Shown here in pieces: positions 19,376 to 29,220 of a stretch of DNA of 64,000 nt; the first letter of the stretch is position 1; the number at the start of each line of letters is the position of its first letter. The notes below the pieces were generated by a model, which saw nothing but the letters and a program-made list of their open reading frames with translations, was not told where the DNA came from and made no database searches. The DNA is from an uncultured bacterium (lineage in GTDB: Bacteria; Zixibacteria; MSB-5A5; JAABVY01; JAHJOQ01): assembly GCA_965369655.1 (NCBI GenBank), contig CBDUQR010000001.1, forward strand, positions 128,001 to 192,000, given 5' to 3'. Both the position numbers and the translations under genes were made by a program.

Positions 19376-21202
19376 CTACAGAGTTTCCATCTCCTTCAGC
19401 CTTTTTCTGGCATGCTCCTGAAGGATCAGATTATCGAACTCGGTGAGAAGCCTGCGGTAGGCGCTTTCAGATACGGCAAGATCGCCGCTCTCGAACTGAA
19501 TGTCCGCTATGTATCTTAGAGATTCCGCTCTATAGAAGCTGTCCGTGAAGTCATCGAGAATCCTCTTAAATGTCTCTACCGCGACCAGGGAATCGCCCAG
19601 CAGCAACTGCAACTCGCCAAGCCTGAAAGTGGATATATCGGCCAGCAAAGCTCCCTCTTTCGACGAGATGCCCGTCAGCAGCACCGCAGCGGAGTCGTAT
19701 CTCCCGGTCAGAATCATGTGTTCGGAATCGGCATAGGAATCAAGATCGATTCTGTCGAAACCGACAATTTCGTCGATCATCAGTATCTTGCGCAGGCAAT
19801 CGTTGACATAAAGCCCCTTGCGAAACCTGACAGTCAACTGTGCATACAGTCTCTTCGCCTCATCGTAGTTGTGTGAAAAAAACTTCGATTGAGCTTTTCT
19901 CCAGATCAGCCTTTCCTGACCTTCCTCAGAGAGTTTGTCCATCTGAACCAGATCGTATAGACTGTCGGCTGTTTCAAAATCGTCCAGAGCTATGTAGCAG
20001 TCACCCATCCAGAGCATCGCCAAGTGATGCCATATCAAAGTCCTTGGATCGTCGGTAACACTGCCAAAATACACAAGTGCGGAATCAGGCTCATTCATGC
20101 TCTCGAGATACAGCCTTCCGATAGCGAAACGTGCTTCGATGATCTCTCGGCCATCAGGAGAGTTCTCCGCGATCTGGTGCAGGACCGAGATCGCCGAGTC
20201 GCCATGTCCCATATTGGAGTATGCCGCCGAAAGAACATAGCGGGCTTGAATCACGCCCGGTTTGCCAGGATACTGGTCGAGCACGAACCTGCACGTTTCC
20301 ACGGCCAGAGGATAGTCTTCGCGCTCAAGGCATCTCCTTGCGAAAAAAACCAGGTATCTGCCTTCTTCATGCCGAAGTTCATCGACCTCTCTGTATACCT
20401 GATAAGCCTCGCGGAGGTCGTTCTGCCTGATAAGCAAGTCAGCGTAATATTTCCTCGGGATATGATCCGATGGGTGAGCCTTCGACAATGCGACAAACTC
20501 AGCCTTCAGAAGCTCCATGTCCTCGTCGTCATCAACAGAATCGACCAGCCGCCTGAGGAGCCGGTGCCCGCGTTCCATATTGAGCGTGTCGGAAACGGTG
20601 AACATGTAGTATTCTCGCGCGGCAGCCGGGTAATCTCTCCGAACCTCATACAGCCTGCCGAGTTGCTCGGCAAAGAGATACTTGTCGCCCTGTCTCTCTC
20701 TCCCCTTCAGGTAGGTTCCAATCGCCTCATCATAAAGTCCGTTGGCGCGGTAGACGCCCGATATCCGATGAGTGACGCTCTCTTTCCTCGGTGAATTCTT
20801 GAGACACATATCGAACTGTTTCGCCGCGTCTGAAAGCTCGCCCATCCGGAGATAAAGATGACCGTATTGGAGAAGGACATCGACAGTCCTGCCAGAGAGC
20901 TTCTCCATCTTCTCTATCGCGCTGGCAGCCTTCTCAAAATCCTTCGAGTAGATGTAGACCTTGCTTGTCAGCGACAGCACCGAGAGATCGTCAGGGTACT
21001 CCCTGTCGAGTTCGGTCAGCAGAATCAGAGCCTTGTCGTACCTGCCGTTCGCAACATGGCTTGACACCTTCTGAAGCGCGAGCTTTAGCCTTGCTTCGTT
21101 CTCATCCTGACCAAGCGCGATCTCGCTCGACATCCACAGCAGTACGAACATGAATGCGGTAAGGACGGAAATCGTCGCGTGAGATCGGTCGAACGAAAGC
21201 AC
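19376..21202 (-). CDS. Exported tetratricopeptide repeat protein
   Basis: Signal-like N-terminus followed by many TPR-like helical repeats; translationally coupled to the upstream gene. Confidence 0.85.
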   Translation of the reverse strand: MLSFDRSHATISVLTAFMFVLLWMSSEIALGQDENEARLKLALQKVSSHVANGRYDKALILLTELDREYPDDLSVLSLTSKVYIYSKDFEKAASAIEKMEKLSGRTVDVLLQYGHLYLRMGELSDAAKQFDMCLKNSPRKESVTHRISGVYRANGLYDEAIGTYLKGRERQGDKYLFAEQLGRLYEVRRDYPAAAREYYMFTVSDTLNMERGHRLLRRLVDSVDDDEDMELLKAEFVALSKAHPSDHIPRKYYADLLIRQNDLREAYQVYREVDELRHEEGRYLVFFARRCLEREDYPLAVETCRFVLDQYPGKPGVIQARYVLSAAYSNMGHGDSAISVLHQIAENSPDGREIIEARFAIGRLYLESMNEPDSALVYFGSVTDDPRTLIWHHLAMLWMGDCYIALDDFETADSLYDLVQMDKLSEEGQERLIWRKAQSKFFSHNYDEAKRLYAQLTVRFRKGLYVNDCLRKILMIDEIVGFDRIDLDSYADSEHMILTGRYDSAAVLLTGISSKEGALLADISTFRLGELQLLLGDSLVAVETFKRILDDFTDSFYRAESLRYIADIQFESGDLAVSESAYRRLLTEFDNLILQEHARKRLKEMETL

Positions 21203-24200
21203 TATCGGTCGACCTCCATGATCGCCTTGAAGTAGTCTTTGATGATCTCTTCGTACTCCGGAGGGTAGCCCTCTTCGAGGAATTTCTGGAGACGCCTCTC
21301 ATACGATTCAGATCCGACCTGAGCCGCCTCGTCGAGCGGATCGGGTCCCATGCGAAGAATCTGCTCAGCTCTGCTGGCTCGCCGTGTCTCGCTGTAGTCC
21401 TGTCGTTCCATAGAGAGTTGGAAATCGAGCATTCTCTGATATATCTTATTCTGCCGTTCGAGAGTCTCGTCTGTCACGCCTCCCTGTTCGAGGGCTTCGA
21501 CAACTCTTCGCATTTCTTCGGCCATGTTTTCCAGACGACCCTTTATCTGTTTCCTGTCGCCCAATTCTTCCTGAAGCTGCTGAACAGACTTGCGGACCGC
21601 GGACTGCTCTGCCGACAGTCGCTCCAACATGCTCTTGTCGCCCTGACCACGCTGATTGGGGTTGTTACACATGTTCTGCGACTGCTGGTTGATGCGCTTT
21701 TGTTGTTTGCATGTCTTGTTCATCTTCTGGAACATGCTCTGATTCGGCTTATTGCAGGATGAATTGCATTGTTGTTGGTTGTTGAGCGACTCCATTATTA
21801 CTCTCGAAGCCTGATTCAGAGACCCGATAGTATTCTTCTGCGACCCTATCGCCTGCGAGGCCTGCATTTCAGTCAGTGAAGAGGTCGATCTGCTCATTCC
21901 CGACATGCACTGCTTCATCAATTTGTCAATCTGACTCTGCATGAAGACTGATTCTTTCGCAATGTCGATAAGTTTCTGCCTGAGTGCCGAGGCCTGTGAC
22001 TGGAGAACCTGCTGTTCCTCGGCCAGCTTTCTGAGTTCCGATGACTGCATTTCATATCTGCCGACATCGCCCAATATCTCTTCCTGCTTGTCCGTGAGAT
22101 AGAATACGTCATCGAGCGCCTTCCTCATTTCCTTAGCCATCTGCTGCCCCATCTGCTGACTGAGAGCCATCTGCGCATCCTGCATCTGCTCCAGCATTTC
22201 CATAAGCTTCTGTTCCGCAGAATCACCCGACATCATGGCGTCGAGCTTCTCACTATCCGAGAGACTTGCAGTCATCTCCTCCATATCCTTCTCGGCGCCC
22301 GATTCCCTTGTCGCCCGGCAGAAACTCTTCGAGTGGGGGCTGCTGTCCATTTTGGCTTCTTTGAAGAGCTTCTCAAGCTCATCAGATTTCCGTTTCAGAT
22401 CTTCGAGTGAATTCCTGACCTGCTGTTCCTTCGGTGATAGATCAGGAAGTTTCTCCCTGTCGGATTTCTCGGTCCGTTCGTTGACCTTCTGCTGGTTCCG
22501 AAGGATTTCTTCGGCCTGACGGATCATATCCTGCATCATCTGGTCGGCCTGAAGTTGCTTGAGCTGGGCGATCGCACGTTCGATATTCTGGAGCACATCT
22601 TCGAGAGACATATCGAAGTTCTCCATCGCTTTTTCGACAGCCTCCTTGTCCATTTTCGCCAGCGCTTCCTGGAGTTTCTTCATCGCTTCTTTCATTTCAG
22701 GAGTGGCGACCTCCTCGAACAACTTCTGAAGCTCCTCGATCTTCTGGATCATCTGGAGAGTCAGAAGCTGATTCTTCTTAGCTTCCTGATTCGTCTCCTC
22801 GAACTGCTTCGCAAGTTCCTCGTACTCGTTGAGAAGCTGTTCCTGTCTCTCCGCAACCGATTCAAATGCTTTCTTGTCTTCCCAGTCGAGTTCTTTTTCG
22901 AGCCTGAGAGCCTGAGTCATCTCCCTGAACTCTTCGCCGATCCGCTCCTGCTGCTTGAGAGCCTCGACATATTCATTCATTTGATCCTCTCTGGAGCTTT
23001 CGATCTCCGAGAAAATCTCGCCGAGAGTCGGCAGCCTGACCGCCATCACCGGTCCGGTCGTCGATTTGGGACCGATCACGAAATCATTGTCGAATACTTC
23101 GAGATAGTACTCGATCCAGCTTCCCGGCAGCAGCCCGACATTCGCCAGATCCCAGAAATAATCAATCTGCTGCTCTGGTTTATATCCGGATATCTCGATC
23201 TTTTCAGATTGCTTCCATTCTTCGGTCGCCGTCAGATGAACAGTGTAGTTGAGCAAAAGCTTCGTGAATCCAAAATCATCGACCAGGTTAGCTATGAGTC
23301 GAACAGCCATGTCTTCGTCGAGGTCAACATTGCCACTCGGACTGACCATGTATATCTCAGGAAAGGCATCATCGAGAACTGTCACGCGATATTCGATCGG
23401 ATTGGGATTGCCGTACCCCGATCGGTCGGTAACCTCAGCATGATACGACAAGTCTGTCTCGACCTTTATCGTCGCGGTCGACACCTCGTGATCGCATTCC
23501 AGGTCTATTCTGCTTCCATCGGAGAACAGGAGCGCGCCCTGCTCGACAGGCTTATTGGCGGTCAGTTCGACATTGACTTTGGTTCCGCGAAGAGCCTGGA
23601 TATTGCCGTCGTTCTCATCGATAACAAGCGGTTTCAGCCTGGTGTATTTCGGATACATATATGTGAGCTTCAGGCCGGTGATCCTCGGCTTGTCGACCAC
23701 AGTTACATTGAACTGAATCGATTCTTCTCGTCCCGCCATGACAAAGTAGACGAAGTCGTGTCTTACTTCTTTGAACTTGTAGGTGAATACGTTTGAGTCC
23801 GGGCTTATGCCGAGAGCATTGACTATCCCCGGTGATGCTCCCGGAATGATCTTCTTCTCAAGCTCGTCGGATCGCCATTTGCCTTCACCGGAATTATCCC
23901 AGAATATCTCCGCCCGGTCCGGAAGCTTCTCGCCCCTGACTATGACTGTCAGTTCCAGAGGATCATATTTCAGGAGTTCCTTGTCTCCCGGCGCGACCGT
24001 CAACTCGTATGTTCTCGGCAGTTCGATCTCTTCCAGCGGATGCGAGAAAACATAAAATGAAGACCAGAACAGCCCCGGTGTCAGGATCGCAAGCAGAAGC
24101 GTCACGGCAGCCGCAGCCCCGAAGTACTTGAGCAGTGCAGTGAGTTTGCGGTTCGAATAGCTCGATTTGAGATTGAGACTGTCGATCATGCCACTGGTCC

Positions 24201-24597
24201 GGGATATAAGCGCTCTGATCATATCCGTCGAATAGTTCTCACGATTCTCGTGCAAATTCTGTTCGAGCTGCAATGATGCGATCACGCGGTTTTCCAACTG
24301 CGGGTACTTGCGCTCGACCCGGCGCGACATCGTTTCAAGCGATGGTCTGAACATAACCGGCACGATCAGACACCTGGCAATCAGGAATACCAGAAACAAT
24401 ACCACAATGCCGACAAAGACCGATCTGACGGTAACATCAAGGTAGAACAGGGCATGCATCAGGTTGGCGACAGCGAACGCGATCAGCAGGGCTGTCGCGA
24501 TGAGAACTATAGCGTACACCGACCGACAGAGAACGACATATCGCCTGAGACCTTTGAGTCTCCGCGTCAGCGAGATCATGTCATCGCGGATCGACAT
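21202..24597 (-). CDS. DUF4175-like membrane-anchored coiled-coil protein
   Basis: Three N-terminal TM helices, Ig-like middle (DDFGFTKL), long Q/E/M-rich coiled coil, C-terminal YPPEYEEIIKDYFK. Confidence 0.8.
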   Translation of the reverse strand: MSIRDDMISLTRRLKGLRRYVVLCRSVYAIVLIATALLIAFAVANLMHALFYLDVTVRSVFVGIVVLFLVFLIARCLIVPVMFRPSLETMSRRVERKYPQLENRVIASLQLEQNLHENRENYSTDMIRALISRTSGMIDSLNLKSSYSNRKLTALLKYFGAAAAVTLLLAILTPGLFWSSFYVFSHPLEEIELPRTYELTVAPGDKELLKYDPLELTVIVRGEKLPDRAEIFWDNSGEGKWRSDELEKKIIPGASPGIVNALGISPDSNVFTYKFKEVRHDFVYFVMAGREESIQFNVTVVDKPRITGLKLTYMYPKYTRLKPLVIDENDGNIQALRGTKVNVELTANKPVEQGALLFSDGSRIDLECDHEVSTATIKVETDLSYHAEVTDRSGYGNPNPIEYRVTVLDDAFPEIYMVSPSGNVDLDEDMAVRLIANLVDDFGFTKLLLNYTVHLTATEEWKQSEKIEISGYKPEQQIDYFWDLANVGLLPGSWIEYYLEVFDNDFVIGPKSTTGPVMAVRLPTLGEIFSEIESSREDQMNEYVEALKQQERIGEEFREMTQALRLEKELDWEDKKAFESVAERQEQLLNEYEELAKQFEETNQEAKKNQLLTLQMIQKIEELQKLFEEVATPEMKEAMKKLQEALAKMDKEAVEKAMENFDMSLEDVLQNIERAIAQLKQLQADQMMQDMIRQAEEILRNQQKVNERTEKSDREKLPDLSPKEQQVRNSLEDLKRKSDELEKLFKEAKMDSSPHSKSFCRATRESGAEKDMEEMTASLSDSEKLDAMMSGDSAEQKLMEMLEQMQDAQMALSQQMGQQMAKEMRKALDDVFYLTDKQEEILGDVGRYEMQSSELRKLAEEQQVLQSQASALRQKLIDIAKESVFMQSQIDKLMKQCMSGMSRSTSSLTEMQASQAIGSQKNTIGSLNQASRVIMESLNNQQQCNSSCNKPNQSMFQKMNKTCKQQKRINQQSQNMCNNPNQRGQGDKSMLERLSAEQSAVRKSVQQLQEELGDRKQIKGRLENMAEEMRRVVEALEQGGVTDETLERQNKIYQRMLDFQLSMERQDYSETRRASRAEQILRMGPDPLDEAAQVGSESYERRLQKFLEEGYPPEYEEIIKDYFKAIMEVDR

Positions 24598-24610
24598 AAC
24601 TACATACCTT

Positions 24611-25306
24611 TCAATTCATTAAAGCCCACGTCAATATGTTAACGCCCATTCTCAGAGCCAGTTCCCTCAACTCCGGCGGGTCGTTGTGCACCTGCGGATC
24701 CTCCCAGCCATCACCGATGTCCGACTCATACACTAACAGCGCAACAAGTCGTCCTTCTGAATACCAGCCGAACGCCTGCGGAGCCTTGCCGTCATGCTCA
24801 TGTATTTTCGGCAATCCGTTCGGAAAAGTGTAGTAGCAGGTGAAAATGCCGTGATCGAACGGCAGTTCGACAGGTTCGACATCGGGAAAAACTTTTCTCA
24901 TCGAGACAAAGAACGACTCCCTGAGACCATACGAATCGTTCGCCAGAAGGAATCCCCCCGCACTCAGGTACCGATTGAGTCTGAGAGCCTCGTCATCCGA
25001 CAGCCTTATCGGTCCGTGGCCAGTCAGATACAGGAAAGGATAGTTGAACAGTCTCTCATCGCCCAATGTAACCCGCACTTCATCATTGGAGATCGGAATC
25101 CTGGTGTTCTGCTGAATGAAGTCAATCAGATTCGGAAGCGACGAATTCCCCCAGTACCAATCACCACCACCGAAATACTTCAAGCGTGCGATGGTAACCC
25201 GACTCGGATTCGTCTCCTTCTTCGCATGCAACTCTGAAAATGGAATCACAAAGACTATGGCAGCCATGATTCCTGCGATCCAGGCAGTGTTATTGCGATA
25301 ATTCAT
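24611..25306 (-). CDS. DUF4159 domain protein
   Basis: IARLKYFGGGDWY, YPFLYLTGHG, GGFLLANDSY, GLPKIHEHD, DIGDGWED, ALRMGVNI. Confidence 0.88.
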   Translation of the reverse strand: MNYRNNTAWIAGIMAAIVFVIPFSELHAKKETNPSRVTIARLKYFGGGDWYWGNSSLPNLIDFIQQNTRIPISNDEVRVTLGDERLFNYPFLYLTGHGPIRLSDDEALRLNRYLSAGGFLLANDSYGLRESFFVSMRKVFPDVEPVELPFDHGIFTCYYTFPNGLPKIHEHDGKAPQAFGWYSEGRLVALLVYESDIGDGWEDPQVHNDPPELRELALRMGVNILTWALMN

Positions 25307-25437
25307 ATTTGGTTATACGTCTCCCGACATGAAAAGATCAGTATATCAGCCGTGCGAATCCGACGCTTCACGCATTCGACGACTCCCACAAGGTACCCTG
25401 ATTTCAACCAATGTCAACAGGTAGTTAAGAATGACTT

Positions 25438-25526
25438 GTAGGTCAATCGGCCTGCTAAGTCCTGAGCCTTGAAGGGTCCGATTGACATCTTCTCTCAATT
25501 GTCAAGCGCGAGCGCGCTTGACCTAC
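25438..25526. repeat. Inverted pair of GTAG-type REP-like palindromes (REPIN/BIME-like)
   Basis: GTAGGTCAATCGG...CCGATTGAC on + and GTAGGTCAAGCGCGCTCGCGCTTGAC on - facing each other. Confidence 0.6.
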
Positions 25527-25609
25527 TTTCCGTGCTCGTCGGGGCTGTGCCCCGACGCAATACGCAGGAGCACAGCTCCTGCGCGCACACCGAGAGGGGC
25601 AAGTCGGTA

Positions 25610-25661
25610 TTGTCGTCATCACGAGGAGCGACAGCGACGTGGTGATCTCAGTTCATGCAAT
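25610..25661 (-). repeat. Palindromic element A, single arm (inverted copy of 27636-27687)
   Basis: Reverse complement matches 27636-27687 at 50 of 52 nt. Confidence 0.9.
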
Positions 25662-25701
25662 AGATATCCACCCGACGCTACGCTCTGGGTGGGTTACCGG
25701 T

Positions 25702-27396
25702 TTAGTACTGTACCGACCAGACTTTAATCGCAGAATTTGCAAATGCCTCTTGCCTATTGGCAATTTCTGATACAGTCCAAGAATCAAGACCCATGAGATT
25801 ATTTGTTATCACTATATCTGATTCAGCGAAGATCTTCTTCTTATCTGAGAAAGATGCGTTGCCGATACCCCTGTTTTTCGTCTTTTCCAGAAGCGCCATA
25901 TTGCCGAGCCGATTTACATAGTCGCTGTACTCGTCCTCCGATTCAGCAGCATCCAACCAATGCTCTGATCTAGTCTTTGGCATAATATGTTCAAGAGTGA
26001 CTTTAGTTTCATCATCCAGCACTTCTAGCTCTCCACTACCTTGAATGTCGTTGGCAATAGCAGTAATAATAAATCGAGCCAGCTTTGAATTCCCTATACT
26101 CTTCTCGGTGAAGTCATCGTAAAACCTGTTACTATCGGGGTAGATTCCACTGAGCATTTCAAATACCTGCTTTGCAGATCGAGCCTTATTATTACTTATG
26201 GAGATAGCTGCATCCGAATACGCTTTCTCAATATTACCTGTGCCAAGTGAACCTATGATGCTGTATCGCATTGAAACAACGACTATTATTCTGAGTAGCT
26301 TGACAATCTCTTTGGTGGCCAACATGTCGAGTGCAGTCATCAACAAAGGTCGGAACTGCTTCAACCCAAAGAGCTGCAGAGTTTCAAGGTCCTTCCGGGC
26401 TTGACTTGGATAACCTGACCAGATATCATGGTCAACATTGGAAATCGCAGCATAGTTATTGGCCGCACCCCCTAGTTCTGACATCAATGTTAACACAGAG
26501 TTCTTGTTTGTGAATTTCGATTTCATCTCTTTGAAAAGATCACGTTCTCTTACTACCCCGTACCTTGACAGCCAATAGTGACGAAGAAATTGAGTTTCAC
26601 TCTGACTGCTGAGTATGGTGACAATCTGAATCCACTTGATCCTGACTGCTTCCAAATCAGAACCTGCCTTGCCAAAGATGTAGTTTTTCAATAGGTCACT
26701 CATCGATAGTTCAAGCCCTCTATCGTTCAGAGTCTCGAATATTAGGTACGCGTCAGCTTCATCGTCAACCAATACAACAATCATCATTACCGAATCTCTA
26801 ATAAACTCCTCAAGAGCAATGAGATAATTCTCGAAACTCTTTTGTGGTTTGCATCTATTTGAAACACTTTCGCGCAAGTATTTAGCAGCTTTACTGAGCA
26901 ATTGATTCGACCGCAGTTCTGTCTTGTCACCTGCGGCTTTCTTCAGTTCATCATCAGTTGCTTCATTGATTACAAGTTTTTGAAATGAAGCTTCATTCAC
27001 TTCGTTTAGAGTAAGCCGGGATTCGAACGTGCGAGAGCGCCTATCACGCGATCCAAGGAACTCTTGGTACACTTCATCGCTTCTGTCATCTTCATAATCC
27101 TTGTAAACAGATCTGATACCCGAGAGAATCATGGTTAATGTCACCAATCTCTGCTGACCATCAATAATGGTTCTCGTCTTGTCATCTCTATTCTCTTGAA
27201 CCACAATTGTGCCGAGGAAATACTCCCCTCTGCCTTCGTCCATTGCCTCATTGATGTCTACCCAAAGCTGCTCAACTTCATCATGAGTCCACGAGAAGTT
27301 GCGCTGATGGGGTGGAACTTTGTATTTGAAGTCAGTCTTGAATATCTGACCCGCTGCCCACAAATCGCTTTTTATCTGAACCTTCTTCGCGCTCAT
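25702..27396 (-). CDS. DUF262 + C-terminal HNH (DUF1524) protein, GmrSD/SspE-like putative restriction enzyme
   Basis: VPPHQRNFSW, IIDGQQRL, IFETLNDRG, TLEHIMP, RLGNMALL; visibly AT-richer than its flanks. Confidence 0.9.
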   Translation of the reverse strand: MSAKKVQIKSDLWAAGQIFKTDFKYKVPPHQRNFSWTHDEVEQLWVDINEAMDEGRGEYFLGTIVVQENRDDKTRTIIDGQQRLVTLTMILSGIRSVYKDYEDDRSDEVYQEFLGSRDRRSRTFESRLTLNEVNEASFQKLVINEATDDELKKAAGDKTELRSNQLLSKAAKYLRESVSNRCKPQKSFENYLIALEEFIRDSVMMIVVLVDDEADAYLIFETLNDRGLELSMSDLLKNYIFGKAGSDLEAVRIKWIQIVTILSSQSETQFLRHYWLSRYGVVRERDLFKEMKSKFTNKNSVLTLMSELGGAANNYAAISNVDHDIWSGYPSQARKDLETLQLFGLKQFRPLLMTALDMLATKEIVKLLRIIVVVSMRYSIIGSLGTGNIEKAYSDAAISISNNKARSAKQVFEMLSGIYPDSNRFYDDFTEKSIGNSKLARFIITAIANDIQGSGELEVLDDETKVTLEHIMPKTRSEHWLDAAESEDEYSDYVNRLGNMALLEKTKNRGIGNASFSDKKKIFAESDIVITNNLMGLDSWTVSEIANRQEAFANSAIKVWSVQY

Positions 27397-27580
27397 GCCA
27401 TTACTCCCATTCTATTAATCGAGTAAGTCAAAACTCTTATGCTTTCAGCATCCCCGATTCCCCGGTCCCTACATATCGTTGTCGATTCAATGATGCTAAT
27501 ACAGATCAATAATAATCAATCGCTTTGCATGGATCAAGCTAATTGCAGCAAATCAACAGCCCACACGCACCTTATGTATC

Positions 27581-27686
27581 TCGCCGTCATTGCGAGCGAC
27601 CGAAGGGAACGTGGCAATCTCATGTTGGGTATCACATTGCATGAACTGAGATCACCACGTCGCTTCCGCTCCTCGTGATGACGACA
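27581..27686 (+). repeat. Palindromic element A, full copy (~105 bp)
   Basis: GTCATTGCGAGCGACCGAAGGGAACGTGGCAATCTC...GAGATCACCACGTCGC..CTCGTGATGAC; near-identical copy at 56599-56703. Confidence 0.9.
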
Positions 27687-27809
27687 ACACAGACACGCGT
27701 CCAAATGCGTCTTTCAACAAGCCCGCAAGCCGGGATGACATAGACGTAGCGCTTGTCTTCGCGAGAAGCGGAAGCGATGTATTGATCTCACTAGTCACCC
27801 TTACATGTA

Positions 27810-27923
27810 ACATCGCGTTCGTCACCCCTGCGTAGGCAGGGGTCCAGACAAGTCTGTCGAGTTCGTAGCGCTTTCTCATTCTGAATCTGGTTCTGGATTC
27901 CCGCCTTCGCGGGAATGACGAGG
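27810..27923 (+). repeat. Palindromic element B (114 bp)
   Basis: GTCACCCCTGCGTAGGCAGGGGTCCAG...CTGGATTCCCGCCTTCGCGGGAATGAC; same-length related copy at 37937-38050. Confidence 0.88.
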
Positions 27924-27941
27924 GCTGGAAATCGACCTGTA

Positions 27942-28499
27942 TTACAACGATTTCCACTCCTGCCGCAGGAGACTGAAATGCAGCCGGTCGATCCAGCGAT
28001 CCTGCCAGCGGATTATCTCGCGATCCTTGCCCTCCAGAGCAAAACCCAGCTTCTCGGCTATGCGAATCACTCGGTGATTGAACGAGTAGGCAGCAAAGGC
28101 AAGGCGGTGGATTTCGGAATTGTCGAACAGATAATCGATCCACAGATGCAATGCCTCAGTGCCGTAACCGCAATTGAGTTTGTCGTCCTCGCAAATGTCG
28201 ATGCCAATGTTCCAGGATTGCGGAAATCGCTTCTCTTCGTAGCGGTTGACCCAGCCAATGGGAATGCTATCATCAAGTGCGACAATCATACGGTGGCGAG
28301 GCTTGGTAGGTTCACCGAGGAAACCGTCGCGAAAACGACTTTCAATCTTGTCAGGATCTTTGGGCATCATTGCCCTCTCCCAGGGCGCGTCAAATTCACG
28401 CCATGTACCTTGCTGCATCCAACAGCGATAGGCGTGAAGATCAGAAGGAATGGCATCACGAAGGATGACAGAGTTACCCTTCAGGATAAGCGATGGCAT
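27942..28499 (-). CDS. GNAT family N-acetyltransferase (RimJ/RimL-like)
   Basis: NCGYGTEAL, NHRVIRIAEKLGFALEG; start moved to ATG 28499. Confidence 0.88.
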   Translation of the reverse strand: MPSLILKGNSVILRDAIPSDLHAYRCWMQQGTWREFDAPWERAMMPKDPDKIESRFRDGFLGEPTKPRHRMIVALDDSIPIGWVNRYEEKRFPQSWNIGIDICEDDKLNCGYGTEALHLWIDYLFDNSEIHRLAFAAYSFNHRVIRIAEKLGFALEGKDREIIRWQDRWIDRLHFSLLRQEWKSL

Positions 28500-28506
28500 G
28501 CAGGCT

Positions 28507-29124
28507 CTATATCCCCCACGGATAGTAGTGCCGTTCGACACAATAGATGCCTGAAGTCGCAGTCGTCAAATCAGCTTCGAACTGTAGCGTGTCCTCGCTC
28601 GGCTCCATATACGGTTCGATAACTTTGATCGTATACACAGCCGGAGGAAGATTCGATATCTGGTAGTCGATGTCGAACAGGCAATTGCAGTCGCATCCGC
28701 CATTATCGAGCGAGTCGATTTCCTCAATGATGATGAGATTATCCTCGACTGAGAACTCAGCGACAAACACCGGACAACAGTTCAGACCGGCGTTGATATG
28801 TGTGATGTCGAGGACCGACTCACCGTCGTAGGTGTAATCAATGCAGTCGAGAGTGGTCGGAAAAGTGTCGGGCTCCGCGCCTTTCATCATATACTTGCAC
28901 TCACCGCCGCCGATAACTACACCTGACGGTTGCGACGGATCACACGGCGCAGGTCCGCCACCGAATATGTACGCGATCAGGTACACGACATCATCGATAT
29001 CAACACTACCTGAGCAGTTTGGATCGCCCGTCGAGTAGACATCTCCGCTGGCTGAAACAGCCAGCACAGCGAACATCGCAACAAGACAGACGGCAACCCG
29101 ACACAGTCTTTCTATCTGGATCAT
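28507..29124 (-). CDS. Secreted Cys-rich protein with a single dockerin-like repeat (copy 1)
   Basis: Signal peptide; GDPNCSGSVDIDDVVYLIAYIFGGGPAP; NCC and CDCNC motifs; GGAGG RBS. Confidence 0.85.
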   Translation of the reverse strand: MIQIERLCRVAVCLVAMFAVLAVSASGDVYSTGDPNCSGSVDIDDVVYLIAYIFGGGPAPCDPSQPSGVVIGGGECKYMMKGAEPDTFPTTLDCIDYTYDGESVLDITHINAGLNCCPVFVAEFSVEDNLIIIEEIDSLDNGGCDCNCLFDIDYQISNLPPAVYTIKVIEPYMEPSEDTLQFEADLTTATSGIYCVERHYYPWGI

Positions 29125-29220
29125 ATCAGACCTCCATGTTTTTGGGACTACAGCACACTCCGTCGGATTCGTAACATCCGACCGGAATCGTATTCGTCAG
29201 AATGAGAAACCGCGCAGGCT

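Noticed and set aside
27652-28143. 163-aa minus-strand ORF, and similar ones at 25482-25727 and 56441-56728
   Set aside because: These are translations of palindromic elements A and B rather than real genes
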